Source: Pseudomonadota bacterium (GTDB taxonomy: Bacteria > Pseudomonadota > Gammaproteobacteria > Acidiferrobacterales > UBA6901). Taken from it: a stretch of DNA of 64,000 nucleotides. A program made the position numbers and the translations under genes. Positions 46,646 to 56,507 of the stretch are shown here, one piece after another. Location: contig DAHXOO010000002.1 in assembly GCA_027364845.1 (NCBI GenBank), positions 76,422 to 140,421 on the forward strand, written 5' to 3'. The notes beneath the pieces were generated by a model. The model was not told where the DNA came from, ran no database searches, and saw nothing but the letters and a program-made list of their open reading frames with translations. How positions within the stretch are numbered: the stretch's first letter is position 1; each line of letters begins with the position of its first letter.

Positions 46646-47459
46646 GCTCGTCGTGCGCGTCTTCCTCTTCCGAACGTGCCCAGTACAGACGGTCCGGGAG
46701 ATACTGCCCCATGCCGAGGCGTTGCCCATGCTTGATCGCGCTCCATGTATAGTTCTGTGCTTCCGCCACGGCATCGATCGGGTCGAAACCGTGCGCAAAC
46801 GTCGCGGCACAGGCCGCGGCGAGCGTGCATCCGGAACCATGGTAGCTGCCGGGCAGGCGATCCCAGGTAAACGTATCGAGCAGCCGGCGGTTACCGTAGA
46901 AGCGGTTGATGACCTGGGGTGTGTTCTCGTGCGTCCCAGTGATCAGCACGAACTGGCAGCCGTCCGATAGCAGCTGCTGAGCGCAGGCATCAAGCGTATC
47001 GGCGTCGGGCGCAAGGTGCCGTGCCTCCAGGCTGTTTGGCGTGATCAGCGTGGCCCGCGGAATGAGCAGTGCACGCAACGCGTCTTCAATGGGTTCCTCC
47101 ACAAGCGCCTCGCCGTGGCCAGACGCCATGACCGGATCCACGATCAGCGGGATCTTCGGGTAATCCTCGACGATCCCGGCAATCGCGGTGAGATTCGCGA
47201 TACTGCCAAGCATGCCGGTCTTAAATGCCGCCACCGGCATGTCCTCGAGCACGGCACGTGCCTGCGCGATGACCAGTCCGGATTCAATCGAGCTGAACTG
47301 CTTCATGCCTATCGTGTCCTGAACCGTAATGGCGGTAATCACCGGCGCAGGGTGACAGCCCAGGCTCGTTAGGGTCTGAATATCGGCCTGTATGCCGGCA
47401 CCGCCGGTTGCATCATTGCCGGCGAATACCAGGACTACCGGGAGGTGTGACATGGTCAT
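46635..47459 (-). CDS. thiD: Hydroxymethylpyrimidine/phosphomethylpyrimidine kinase ThiD
   Basis: AGNDATGGAGIQADI N-terminal motif and GSGCTLAAA near the C-terminus. ATGA overlap with hemH. Confidence 0.9.
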   Translation of the reverse strand: MTMSHLPVVLVFAGNDATGGAGIQADIQTLTSLGCHPAPVITAITVQDTIGMKQFSSIESGLVIAQARAVLEDMPVAAFKTGMLGSIANLTAIAGIVEDYPKIPLIVDPVMASGHGEALVEEPIEDALRALLIPRATLITPNSLEARHLAPDADTLDACAQQLLSDGCQFVLITGTHENTPQVINRFYGNRRLLDTFTWDRLPGSYHGSGCTLAAACAATFAHGFDPIDAVAEAQNYTWSAIKHGQRLGMGQYLPDRLYWARSEEEDAHDEHGD

Positions 47460-48430
47460 AGTTGCTGGGCCTCGGCAAGAATGAGCTTTTCCAGGGCACG
47501 GATCAATAGCGGATGGTCGTTGAGCGCTGGCGTGACCCGGTAATGCTCAATGCCGCAATCCGTCGCGAGCTCGCAGTAGAGGATGCCAAGCTCGTACAGG
47601 GTTTCGGTGTGATCCGATACGAAGGCGATCGGGTAGATCAGCATCTGCCGGGTACCGCCACGGGCCTTTTCGCGGATAACCTCGTCGGTATATGGTTGTA
47701 GCCACTTGAGCGGACCGACACGGCTTTGATAGCAGAGCATCACGTCTGGCCAGGCGAGCTCTTGGCGCAAAGCATCGAATGTGGCACGGATCTGCTGCTC
47801 GTAGGGATCGCCGCGATCGACGACTTTCTGCGGCAGGCCGTGCGCCGAGAACAGCAACGAGACGTGGGCCGGGTCCGGATCGGGGAACTTGGCAAGTTCT
47901 GCATAGATGCTGCTGATGATCGCCTGCTGATAGTCGTGCGCGTCGTACCATTCGTGAATGAGCCTGGTTACCGCGTGGTAGTTCTGACGCTCGCATTCAC
48001 GCACGAACTCGTTGTAGGAGCTTCCGGTTGTCGTAATCGAGTACTGCGGATAGAGCGGCAAAAGAACGATACGGGCATAGCCGCGCTCCTTGAGCCGCGA
48101 GACAACCTCGGTCGCACGCGGCTCCCAATACCGCATGCAGATGAACACCTCGAAGGCGCCATGCGCCTGCAGCGACTGCTGCAGGGCATCGGCCTGTTTG
48201 TGCGTGTTGTCCAGCAGCGGGGATCTGCCGCCGATCGCGGCGTATCCGGCGCGTGCTGCCGGCTCGCGCCGGCGGGACAGGATTCGGGCAAAGACACTCT
48301 GGGTGAGAAACGCCAACGGCAACCTGAAAATGTCGGGGTCGGAAAACAGATTGAACAGGAACGGTCTGACCGCATCCAGAGAGCCGGGGCCACCCAGATT
48401 AAAGAGCACTACGGCTGTTTTGCTTTCCAT
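47456..48430 (-). CDS. hemH: Ferrochelatase
   Basis: VVLFNLGGP, MRYWEP and LLPLYPQYS motifs. The start at 48430 (MESKTAVV) gives ~324 aa; the track start at 48805 adds 125 non-homologous codons overlapping rubredoxin in antisense. Confidence 0.9.
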   Translation of the reverse strand: MESKTAVVLFNLGGPGSLDAVRPFLFNLFSDPDIFRLPLAFLTQSVFARILSRRREPAARAGYAAIGGRSPLLDNTHKQADALQQSLQAHGAFEVFICMRYWEPRATEVVSRLKERGYARIVLLPLYPQYSITTTGSSYNEFVRECERQNYHAVTRLIHEWYDAHDYQQAIISSIYAELAKFPDPDPAHVSLLFSAHGLPQKVVDRGDPYEQQIRATFDALRQELAWPDVMLCYQSRVGPLKWLQPYTDEVIREKARGGTRQMLIYPIAFVSDHTETLYELGILYCELATDCGIEHYRVTPALNDHPLLIRALEKLILAEAQQL

Positions 48431-48633
48431 GTGCGGGCACGCGGCAGCGGTTGGAGTGGTATTGTACCGCGGGCCGCCAATGCATTTCACCCGCAGGCAA
48501 AACATGCCAGAATTTTGTACCTGCCCGGATCCGGCTGCCAAGCAGCTTGTACCGGGCAGGCCTGGAAACAGGCAGTAGTGGCCCGGGTGAGTCCGTGCCG
48601 CAACAAAACTCCGGAGGGGATTTGAGGAACAGC

Positions 48634-48798
48634 ATGAAGGCGTACATGTGCGTGATTTGTGGATTCGTTTACGAGGAGGGAAAGGGGATCCCGGACCAAG
48701 GAATTCCGGCGGGCACCGTTTGGGAGGACGTCCCGGAAACCTGGAAGTGCCCGGACTGTGGCGCGACCAAGGACGAATTTGAAATGATCGAGATCTGA
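48634..48798 (+). CDS. Rubredoxin
   Basis: 54 aa: MKAYMCVICGFVYEE...WKCPDCGATKDEFEMIEI, with two CxxCG knuckles. Confidence 0.9.
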   Translation: MKAYMCVICGFVYEEGKGIPDQGIPAGTVWEDVPETWKCPDCGATKDEFEMIEI

Positions 48799-49530
48799 GT
48801 GCCACCCCTCAGCGCCTTTTCCGAGATCCAAGAACTGGACTGCGACGGCATTCGGCTGCGCTACGCCCTCCGGTTCAGCCCGCGTCGCTCGACGTTATGC
48901 GTGCAGGTGTTACCCGGCGGCGAAGTCCGGGTGGCTGCTCCGTCAGCAGTGCGGCGTGCTGACATCGACACCTTTCTGCGCGCGCATTGGGATTGGATCC
49001 GATCGAAGCAACAGAGGCTAAGCGAAAGAACACGGCCTGCGCCGCGGATGCCGGTTGGCGATGGAGCGCAGCTGCCTCTGCTCGATGAGAGGCTCGTCGT
49101 GCGGCAACGGCTGGCGGCAGGGACAAGACCCGCGGCCATGCGTTGCGGTTCGGAGCTAATCGTCTGCGCGCCAGCCCCGGCACAAGTGCCGGGGCTGGTT
49201 GTGGCCTGGTACCGGACCGTGGCGCGGCACCATGTATCGGAGCGCATTCGGCACTTTGCAGCGCTGGTCGGACGCGCACCGGCGCGTCTGAGCATCCGTG
49301 GACAGAAAACCCGCTGGGGCAGTTGCTCGGCACTCGGCACTATCAGCATCAACTGGCGACTAATGCAGGCTTCGCCCGAAATCCTGGATTACGTAGTTGT
49401 ACACGAGCTATGCCATCTGCTGCATCGCAATCATTCGCCGCGGTTCTGGCGGGAAGTCCAGGGCATCTTGCCGGACTACGCGCGACTGCGGCGCGAGCTG
49501 CGGACATTCGGGTTGAACCTCGCTTTCTAG
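48799..49530 (+). CDS. DUF45/YgjP-like (M48/SprT-like) zinc metallohydrolase
   Basis: HExxH in VVHELCHLLHRNHSPRFW, with TRWGSC upstream. GTG start immediately after the rubredoxin stop. Confidence 0.75.
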   Translation: MPPLSAFSEIQELDCDGIRLRYALRFSPRRSTLCVQVLPGGEVRVAAPSAVRRADIDTFLRAHWDWIRSKQQRLSERTRPAPRMPVGDGAQLPLLDERLVVRQRLAAGTRPAAMRCGSELIVCAPAPAQVPGLVVAWYRTVARHHVSERIRHFAALVGRAPARLSIRGQKTRWGSCSALGTISINWRLMQASPEILDYVVVHELCHLLHRNHSPRFWREVQGILPDYARLRRELRTFGLNLAF

Positions 49531-49832
49531 TCACCCGGCAGACTGATGCCAGGCGCGGGATCGCAGCGAGACCGTGTCCAGGCTGGCGCGCATCTTACGT
49601 CATCATAGAATCATGTGTTCCGATACCCAGCCCCAAATATCGAGGATCGCCAAGCCATTCTCGACGCGCTACGCCGCCCCGGACACCAGGCTGACATGCT
49701 GATCGAGCGCTACCTGGGCTTCCCTAACAGCGCCAAGAGGTGCCGACCCTATGCCCAGAACATGGAAACGGCCCTGTCGCTGTTGCCGCCGGGCGTGTTT
49801 TTCCACTGCGGGCGTTTCGCGGAAGGTACAGA

Positions 49833-50747
49833 TTAAAGATTCAACGGTATGTTCGCGGTGGAAAGATTGCCGAAATGGGTGATTGTATCCGCCATGATTT
49901 CGCACGACACTCCCACGTATTGGGCGATGCTTTTGACCATTTTCAGGCTGGCCTGATATTGAACGCACTTCGTTATTTCCGCGGGCTGCCACCCGATCTT
50001 TCCCATGAATTCCCGGCGCATCTGGCTCCAGAGCTTGATTCCTTCGCGGATGAGGGGACCCATGTCCGCTTCCAGCGGCGTCAACTGACCGTTCCAGCCG
50101 CAGACACTGAGCGCGTAAAACTGCGCCTGTGACTGCAGCATGAACCCGCTATCCGGATCGATTTTTGGCCCCATGATCGCTGCCGCACTAACATCGCCGA
50201 GACCCAGCCCAAAAGCAAGCTTGAGGAATTCGCGGCGATCCCGACTCTGTTTGAAGGTATCAATGGCCAGGCGCGTATACCGCCAGGCCTTCTCGCCGGT
50301 CACAACCAGCCCGCGTCTCACCTGGCCGGTTGCAATGAGGGTGTCCATCACATGAATCCCGTTCATGAAACCGTGACAGGCGTTCGTGATGTCGAAGCCG
50401 ACTGCGTGATGCGCCTGGAGCTTGTTTTGAATGACGTGAGCGGTTGCCGGTTCTAGGAAATCCCTGTTCATTCTGGCATAGATGATCGCGTGGATTTTCG
50501 AGGCGCTGATTCCGGCGGTGGCATCGCTTCTTGCGCCGCCTGTGCAGCCATATCAGAAGGCTTGAGATGCTCTGGCGCGATGCGCCGCTTTTTGACCGCC
50601 GGTAATGCGCTCGAGCCAGTCATAGGGAACGTCAAATCGGTCCTCGGAGTTGATGAGTTCCATGATTTCGCGCGAGCTGATGTGTTCTTCTGGAATGCAC
50701 GCTCCGGTACTGATGAGACGGGAATGTCCCTGGGTATACATGTACAT
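49833..50747 (-). pseudogene. KAS III (FabH)-like condensing enzyme, disrupted by two compensating frameshifts and apparently 3'-truncated
   Basis: The N-terminus SRLISTGACIPEEHISSREIMEL...DWLERITG is in the frame of ORF 50553-50792. The next ~26 codons VKKRRIAPEHLKPSDMAAQAAQEA are readable only in the frame of ORF 50468-50971. The text TAGISASKIHAIIYARMNRDFLEPATAHVIQNKL...DITNACHGF...HFGNLSTANIPLNL returns to the first frame (ORF 49833-50471). Shifts are near 50594-50602 and 50515-50525. Confidence 0.7.
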
Positions 50748-51265
50748 GCTGCCCTCCATGTGCTTGAAATGACGAATGGGCCGGGCGGGCACTGTGGCGC
50801 CGGCTTCGGTTCCCGCGCCGCCGCGTGATGAGTTGCCTGGACCGGTCTCGCCGGTACTGCCCTGTGGGTCGTCACATCATTCGATATTTTGAATGCATTC
50901 TTGGATAGTTTCGGTATATCAATACGATGTAGACACATCTCCGTGTCCAAACCAGAGCTTTCTTTGCGCATTGACAGAAAGGAGAGCGTTGCCGAGGACC
51001 CTGGCGACGGAAAGCCGACGGGATTGCGTGAACCAGGTCATGACACACGACCACCGTTCTTGGGGCAGACATCGGGATCGTGCCGTTTTACAAGAATTTG
51101 CGCAGGGTCGGAGCCATGCCGGGGAATCCGCAGGGGGGCGACGACCTGTGCCGGCAACCCGAAGAAAACGTGCTTTGAGGCACGTCCGGCGCAACCGACC
51201 ATTTTCCCGCACACACGTGGCCGTCAACCGGCTGGCTGCAGACAAGACGTTGTGCCAAAAGCTTT

Positions 51266-54200
51266 CTACCTGGAGGCGGTCTTGCGCAGCCAATCAGTGA
51301 GTTCCGTGGCGGCCAGGGCTGGACTGAATAGGTATCCTTGCGCCTCGTCGCACTGGTGCGCTCGCAGAAACTCGAACTGGGCGGGTGTCTCGACCCCCTC
51401 GGCAATCAGTTTGAGCTTGAGGCTTTTGGCGAGCGCGATGATTCCGGCCGTGATCGCGGCGCAATCCGGATTGGTGTCGACATTCTCGATGAACGACCGG
51501 TCGATCTTGATCACATCGATGGGCAAACGCCTGAGATAGCTGAGGCTGGAATAACCAGTGCCGAAATCATCAATGGCGATCGAAATGCCCATCTGCTTTA
51601 CACTGCGCAGCACATCGAGTGTCCGCGTCAGATCCTGCATAACCAGCCCCTCCGTCAGCTCAATCTCCAACCATTCCGGCCGGCATCCGGCATCACGCAA
51701 GGCGGTTTTGATGCTGTCAAGCAGGCCAGGATGGCGGAACTGACGGGCCGAGATATTGACCGCCACGCGCAGCTGCATTCCACCTTGGTCGTTCCAGGCG
51801 CGCGCCTGAACGCAGGCCGTGCGCAACGCCCATTTGCCGATCGGCACGATGAGCCCAGTCTCCTCCGCAAGCGGAATGAACTCCGCGGGCGAAACCAGGC
51901 CCATTTCTGGATGCTGCCAACGAATCAAGGCTTCCACGCCGACTGCGGCACGGCTTTCAATGGCGACCTGCGGCTGGTAGTAAAGGCGGAATTCTTCGCG
52001 CTCGAGCGCGCGCCGCAGCGCGTTTTCCAGCGTCAGTCGCTGCAGCGACTGAGCGTTCATCTCGGCACTGTAGAACTGGAAATTGTTGCGGCCCTCGTCT
52101 TTAGCGTGGTACATGGCCGCGTCGGCATTGCGGAACAGGGTTTCCATGTCGCGGTCATCGAACGGATAGAGGGTGATACCGATGCTGCAGCTGACAAACA
52201 GCTCACGGCTTTCCACGCGGAACGGACACGAGAAGCTCTCCATGATCTTCTGTGCTATGCGCGATACGTTATCCACGTGTTCGATGCCGGCAAGCACGAT
52301 GATGAACTCGTCTCCACCCGGGCGTGAAACAGTATCCCCGGCACGCACGGCTTCCTTCAGACGCCCGGCGACAGCCTTGAGCAACAGATCGCCTTTGTCG
52401 TGGCCCAAGGTATCGTTGATGGTTTTAAAGCGGTCTAGGTCCAGGAACAGCAAGGCGACCAGGCGCTCATGGCGCTCGGCATCGATCAGCGCCTGCAGCA
52501 GCCGGTCCTGCAGTAGCGCGCGGTTGGGTAAGCCGGTCAGCGCGTCATGGTAGGCCATGATCGAAAGCGATCGGCGGTCCTGGTATTTCTCGATCGCCAT
52601 GCCGGCCAACCGGGCAACACGATCAAGCAGCTCACGGTCGGCAGCGGAGGGCACAGCCAGGTCGCATCCGTAAATCGCGATTTCTCCCAGTATTTCGCGC
52701 CTGGCAGAAAAGATCGGCAATGCCCAGCGGGATTTCAGTCCGTAACGGTGCACCTCTTCGCGCGCCGACGCGAAGCGGTGGTCGGCCGCGACCGCGGTAA
52801 CTGTCTCCCAGGGAATTCCCGGCAGCATGCCGTCGGCCGCGAGCAAGTTCAGCTTGTGCTTGAAACTATCTGGCAGACTTTGGGCTCCGCCCAGGTACAG
52901 AAGCTTGCGGTTGGAGTCGTACGCCGAGATCGAGGCAAACTTGCCGCTTGGGTGCTGCAGTTCGTAGATCTCGGCCAGCGCATCGAGGACGTCGGGCAGC
53001 GGCTCCTCATGTGCCTGCATCTCCAGCACCCGCTTCTCGCCTGCGAGCAGTGTTTCCTGGCGCTTGCGCCCGCCGATGTCCTCGAAGATGCCGATGTAAT
53101 AGGAGGGCTGGCCCTGCCAGTCGCGTATCAGCGACCCACTCAAGTGCATCCAGCCGGTCGCGCCGTCTTTGCGCAGGTAGCGGATTTCGATGACATAGCT
53201 TTGCGCCGCGGTCGCCAGCTGACGCGTACGTTCAGCGAACGCCCCGGCAACGTCGTCCGGGTGGGCGATATCCCGAATGCATTTGGATAGCAGTTCTTCC
53301 CGGGTATAACCCAGCATGTCGCAACAACTGCGATTGACCAACCGGAAGCGGTCCTGCAGGTCAACGACCACCATACCGACGGCCGCCTGCTCAAAGATGG
53401 CACGAAAGCGTTGCTCACTGTCCTGCAATGCCCCCTCGGCCCGCTTGAGCACGACACGCGTGCACAGCGCACCAAGACCATAGGCAAGGTCGTCAGCAAG
53501 TTGTGCGAGAAGGTTCAGTTCCTCGGTGTCGAAGGCGTCGGCCTCGGCCGCACATACATTAATCACCCACGAAGCCCGCCCGGCTACGATCAGCGGAAGC
53601 GCCGCCCAAGCGGCGTAGCCGCAGCGCCGCGCCCTGGGGCGCAACAGAGGGTACGCGGGGTCGGCGAGGATGTTGCGCGCCACCGCCGGTCTAGCTAGGC
53701 TCAACGCGAGGGCATCCGGGTCTGCTTCGTTCTCGGGTTCGGAGCGCGCTGTCGGAACGCTCTCCATGCAGCCGTCGTCCACGTCCGCGCTCGCAGCGAT
53801 ACGCAGATCACCGCTTTCAATGGGTTCGCCATGCCCGGCCCAGGCGAGCTGGTAACCACCCGCTGCAACCATGATCTGACAGACTTCGCGCAGCAACGCG
53901 ACCCCATCAGAGGCACGCACCAGCGCCTGGGTACAGCGCTTCATGGCTTCACGTACATTGTCGATCCGGCGCAGCCTCTGTTCAAGGCGCCGCTGCTTGG
54001 TAACATCTTCGGCCATTCCGACCACGCTTGTTATCTGCCCCTCTTCGTAGAGGGGAGCGCCGCTCAGGCTTACGGTGCGCCGCGCGCCGTCTGCACGGAT
54101 CAGTTCGGCTTCATAGTGGAAAATGGTTTCGCCGTTCAGCATCACTCGCTTGAATTGGTCGTTTACGTCCATCAGCTTTTCGGGCGCAAACAGCTTCGCG

Positions 54201-54772
54201 AAAGAGCTTCCGATCAACTCGGCGGAGACGTATCCGGAGATCTCAGTTGCAGCACGGTTGACGAGCGTGAAGCGGCCTTCGGAATCAAGCGCAAAAATTG
54301 CATTGGTGACCTGATTCAGGACCTGGTCGCGAAAACGGTTCTCTACCGCAAGTCTGCGTTCGACCGCTTTGCGCTCGCTGACGTCATTCACTACGGCCAG
54401 GCTTAACCGCCGGCCCTGCTGCTCGAAGACGTAGCGCGTGACGCGCACGTCGACCATTCGGCCGTCCTTGCAGCGATGACGCCATTCGCATTTGTAATGC
54501 CGGGAGGCCCGGTCCGCGTGCAGATGCTCGAGAAGCCGGTGGACGTCTCCGTCGCGGTGGATGTCGGTTAGACGCAATCGCAAGAATTCCGAGCGCGTGT
54601 AGCCATAGTGCTTGACGGCTGTGGCGTTCACATCCAGAAACTGCAGCGAGTCCATGTCATAAAGCAGTATCGGATGCTCCCCCTGAATGCAGAGGCCATG
54701 CAAAGTGCGGGCGTCGTCAGGTGTGAGGCACCCAAGGGTGGACTGGCAGCTTGCAAACAGTGCTGATTCCAT
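51266..54772 (-). CDS. Multidomain c-di-GMP signalling protein: PAS-PAS-GAF-PAS-(GAF-like)-GGDEF-EAL
   Basis: 1168 aa with repeated PAS blocks. Intact GGDEF site (SRPGGDEFIIVLAG) and EAL domain (EALIRW, DDFGTGYSSLSYL, KIDRSF). Confidence 0.9.
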   Translation of the reverse strand: MESALFASCQSTLGCLTPDDARTLHGLCIQGEHPILLYDMDSLQFLDVNATAVKHYGYTRSEFLRLRLTDIHRDGDVHRLLEHLHADRASRHYKCEWRHRCKDGRMVDVRVTRYVFEQQGRRLSLAVVNDVSERKAVERRLAVENRFRDQVLNQVTNAIFALDSEGRFTLVNRAATEISGYVSAELIGSSFAKLFAPEKLMDVNDQFKRVMLNGETIFHYEAELIRADGARRTVSLSGAPLYEEGQITSVVGMAEDVTKQRRLEQRLRRIDNVREAMKRCTQALVRASDGVALLREVCQIMVAAGGYQLAWAGHGEPIESGDLRIAASADVDDGCMESVPTARSEPENEADPDALALSLARPAVARNILADPAYPLLRPRARRCGYAAWAALPLIVAGRASWVINVCAAEADAFDTEELNLLAQLADDLAYGLGALCTRVVLKRAEGALQDSEQRFRAIFEQAAVGMVVVDLQDRFRLVNRSCCDMLGYTREELLSKCIRDIAHPDDVAGAFAERTRQLATAAQSYVIEIRYLRKDGATGWMHLSGSLIRDWQGQPSYYIGIFEDIGGRKRQETLLAGEKRVLEMQAHEEPLPDVLDALAEIYELQHPSGKFASISAYDSNRKLLYLGGAQSLPDSFKHKLNLLAADGMLPGIPWETVTAVAADHRFASAREEVHRYGLKSRWALPIFSARREILGEIAIYGCDLAVPSAADRELLDRVARLAGMAIEKYQDRRSLSIMAYHDALTGLPNRALLQDRLLQALIDAERHERLVALLFLDLDRFKTINDTLGHDKGDLLLKAVAGRLKEAVRAGDTVSRPGGDEFIIVLAGIEHVDNVSRIAQKIMESFSCPFRVESRELFVSCSIGITLYPFDDRDMETLFRNADAAMYHAKDEGRNNFQFYSAEMNAQSLQRLTLENALRRALEREEFRLYYQPQVAIESRAAVGVEALIRWQHPEMGLVSPAEFIPLAEETGLIVPIGKWALRTACVQARAWNDQGGMQLRVAVNISARQFRHPGLLDSIKTALRDAGCRPEWLEIELTEGLVMQDLTRTLDVLRSVKQMGISIAIDDFGTGYSSLSYLRRLPIDVIKIDRSFIENVDTNPDCAAITAGIIALAKSLKLKLIAEGVETPAQFEFLRAHQCDEAQGYLFSPALAATELTDWLRKTASR

Positions 54773-55032
54773 GGTCGGTGTCCGGGCCGCATCGTCTGCG
54801 GATACATTCTAATTGAGAGATGACCGGTCGTAATTGGCCTGCCGTCCGTGGCTACGGTCCTCGTGGCGGTGCGTGACTCATCGGAACCGGGCCACCATGC
54901 CGGAACCTCGGAGATTCAGTCGATTGGAAGGTGCAAGATTGGTGCCACACGATATTGATCTACATCAATAATCAGGGCTGCCCCAAGCAAACGCGACCTG
55001 CGATTAGCGTATCTATGTCCGACTTTGGGTAG

Positions 55033-55600
55033 TGCCCGATCGGCATCGTCCGCGGAGCGTATTTCGATGAGCTTTTCGGCGTGGACTTGGCCAATCCGGC
55101 CTATGCGTTGGATTGCGCAACGATCGATTTGTTTTTGTCGCTAGTTATCGTAGGTGCCCCTTCGCTCGACCAAGGCGTTGAGGTGAAGATGCCTGCGCTG
55201 CTGGATCTGCGTGGCAACATTCCGCGCTGCATTCACATCAGCGACGGCAAGCTGCACGATGTCAACATCCTTGATCAGCTGATTGCCGAAGCCAAGGCGT
55301 TCTACGTCATGAATCGCCACTACGTTGATTTGGCCAGGGTGAACGCAGCGGCCCCATGACACGATGGAACAGCCACGCTAAAACGGGTGACTGCTCCGGA
55401 TCGGCCCGGCTTTTTACCCCACCGGGTTCCGAAAGACAAGTGCCGAAACCGGAGATTGCGACATACGGTGTGCGTTTGCCTGTCCTGACTGTGCCAAAGC
55501 GGCTGCCGACGCAGCGCGCTCCTCGACAAACAGAAGCGACAGGTCCAGTTCAGCCTCTGGCGATACCGGATCGTGGAATTTGTCTTCTTCCACGGCAGAG
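55033..55600 (+). mobile_element. Decayed IS4-family DDE transposase remnant (internal fragment, stops and frame breaks)
   Basis: Translation ...GAYFDELFGVDLANPAYALDCATIDLFLSL...ALLDLRGNIPRCIHISDGKLHDVNILDQLIAEAKAFYVMNRHYVDL matches the conserved IS4 core (YALDSTTIDLCLS...LLDLRGNIP..I.ISDGK.HDVN.LD...GAFYVMDRGY.DF). There is a stop just upstream at 55030. Weaker similarity continues in another frame to about 55600. No terminal repeats were identified. Confidence 0.7.
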
Positions 55601-55760
55601 CGTCATATTGCCCGCCAGAAGCCGGCAGCAATGACCACGCTGACCAGAGCCCAGCCGCTGGCGGCGGGGGTCCATACCTGCGCCACATACGCCAGCACAA
55701 TAGCGAGACCCACCGACAGGATATTACGTACATCCCCAAAGATCAGCTGCAGGAGCTTTT

Positions 55761-56507
55761 TCATATGCCGCTGCCCTCGGTCGCGGCTACGGCCGGCAGA
55801 CGCAACCTGAATCCAATGAACCTGCCGGCCACCGCGTACACCGCGAACAGCAGGGGCAGCGTAACGTCACCCAGGGGCCAGACTGCGTGTTCGCCCATGA
55901 GCCCGCTCAGGCTCCAGAAGCTACCAAAGGCCAGAAGCGCACAAGCTACGGTGAATTTGAGGGCATTCTCCGGAACCCGGGTAAGGGGTGTACGCAGCAT
56001 CAGTCCCATCATGATGACGGCAAGCAGCGCTGCCAACGCGCTGCCACTGGCCTGCACATAGCTAAGCGTGTGGCCCAGCGCGACCACCAGCAACCATACT
56101 TCCAGTCCTTCGAGCAACACACCTTTGAACGCAATGAGCCAGGCCGCGTGCGCTTCGGCGTGTGCAAGATGTTCGCGCGTCTCACTGAATTCCCTGGCTT
56201 CATCGTGCAGGGCAGTACGACCGGCGTAGCGGCGTATGGCCTTTACGTACCAGCGCAGGCCGAACAGCAGCAAGAACACGCCGATAGCGGCACGGATCCG
56301 GTTGATGTCGGCCTGCACTACCGTCAGTCCGATTCCGGTCACGGCCACGAGTCCCGCCACCACCGCAAGCGCGGCAAGCGCCGCAAACGTGGCCCGCCTC
56401 CACCCGATGGTCAATGCCACTGCTAGCACGATGGTGAAGGCCTCCACCCACTCGACGGCGGATGCCAGAAATATCGCGCTCATACCACCCCATTGCGTTG
56501 CATTCAT
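55761..56507 (-). CDS. Integral membrane protein of unknown function (about 6 TM), last gene of the uptake operon
   Basis: The 248 hydrophobic C-terminal codons of track ORF 55761-57182 contain two similar acidic helices (VEWVEAFTIVLAV and LEGLEVWLLVVAL). ATG at 56507 makes an ATGA overlap with the ABC ATPase stop. Confidence 0.7.
   Translation of the reverse strand: MNATQWGGMSAIFLASAVEWVEAFTIVLAVALTIGWRRATFAALAALAVVAGLVAVTGIGLTVVQADINRIRAAIGVFLLLFGLRWYVKAIRRYAGRTALHDEAREFSETREHLAHAEAHAAWLIAFKGVLLEGLEVWLLVVALGHTLSYVQASGSALAALLAVIMMGLMLRTPLTRVPENALKFTVACALLAFGSFWSLSGLMGEHAVWPLGDVTLPLLFAVYAVAGRFIGFRLRLPAVAATEGSGI

Noticed and set aside
48431-48805. Extension of the ferrochelatase ORF to 48805
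   Set aside because: It has no ferrochelatase homology, runs across the divergent promoter and is antisense to rubredoxin. The canonical N-terminus VVLFNLGGP follows ATG 48430.
49615-49836. 73-aa plus-strand ORF between the DUF45 gene and the KAS III pseudogene
   Set aside because: It has no SD and no recognisable family. It overlaps what looks like the decayed 3' end of the KAS III-like gene on the other strand, so it is left uncalled.
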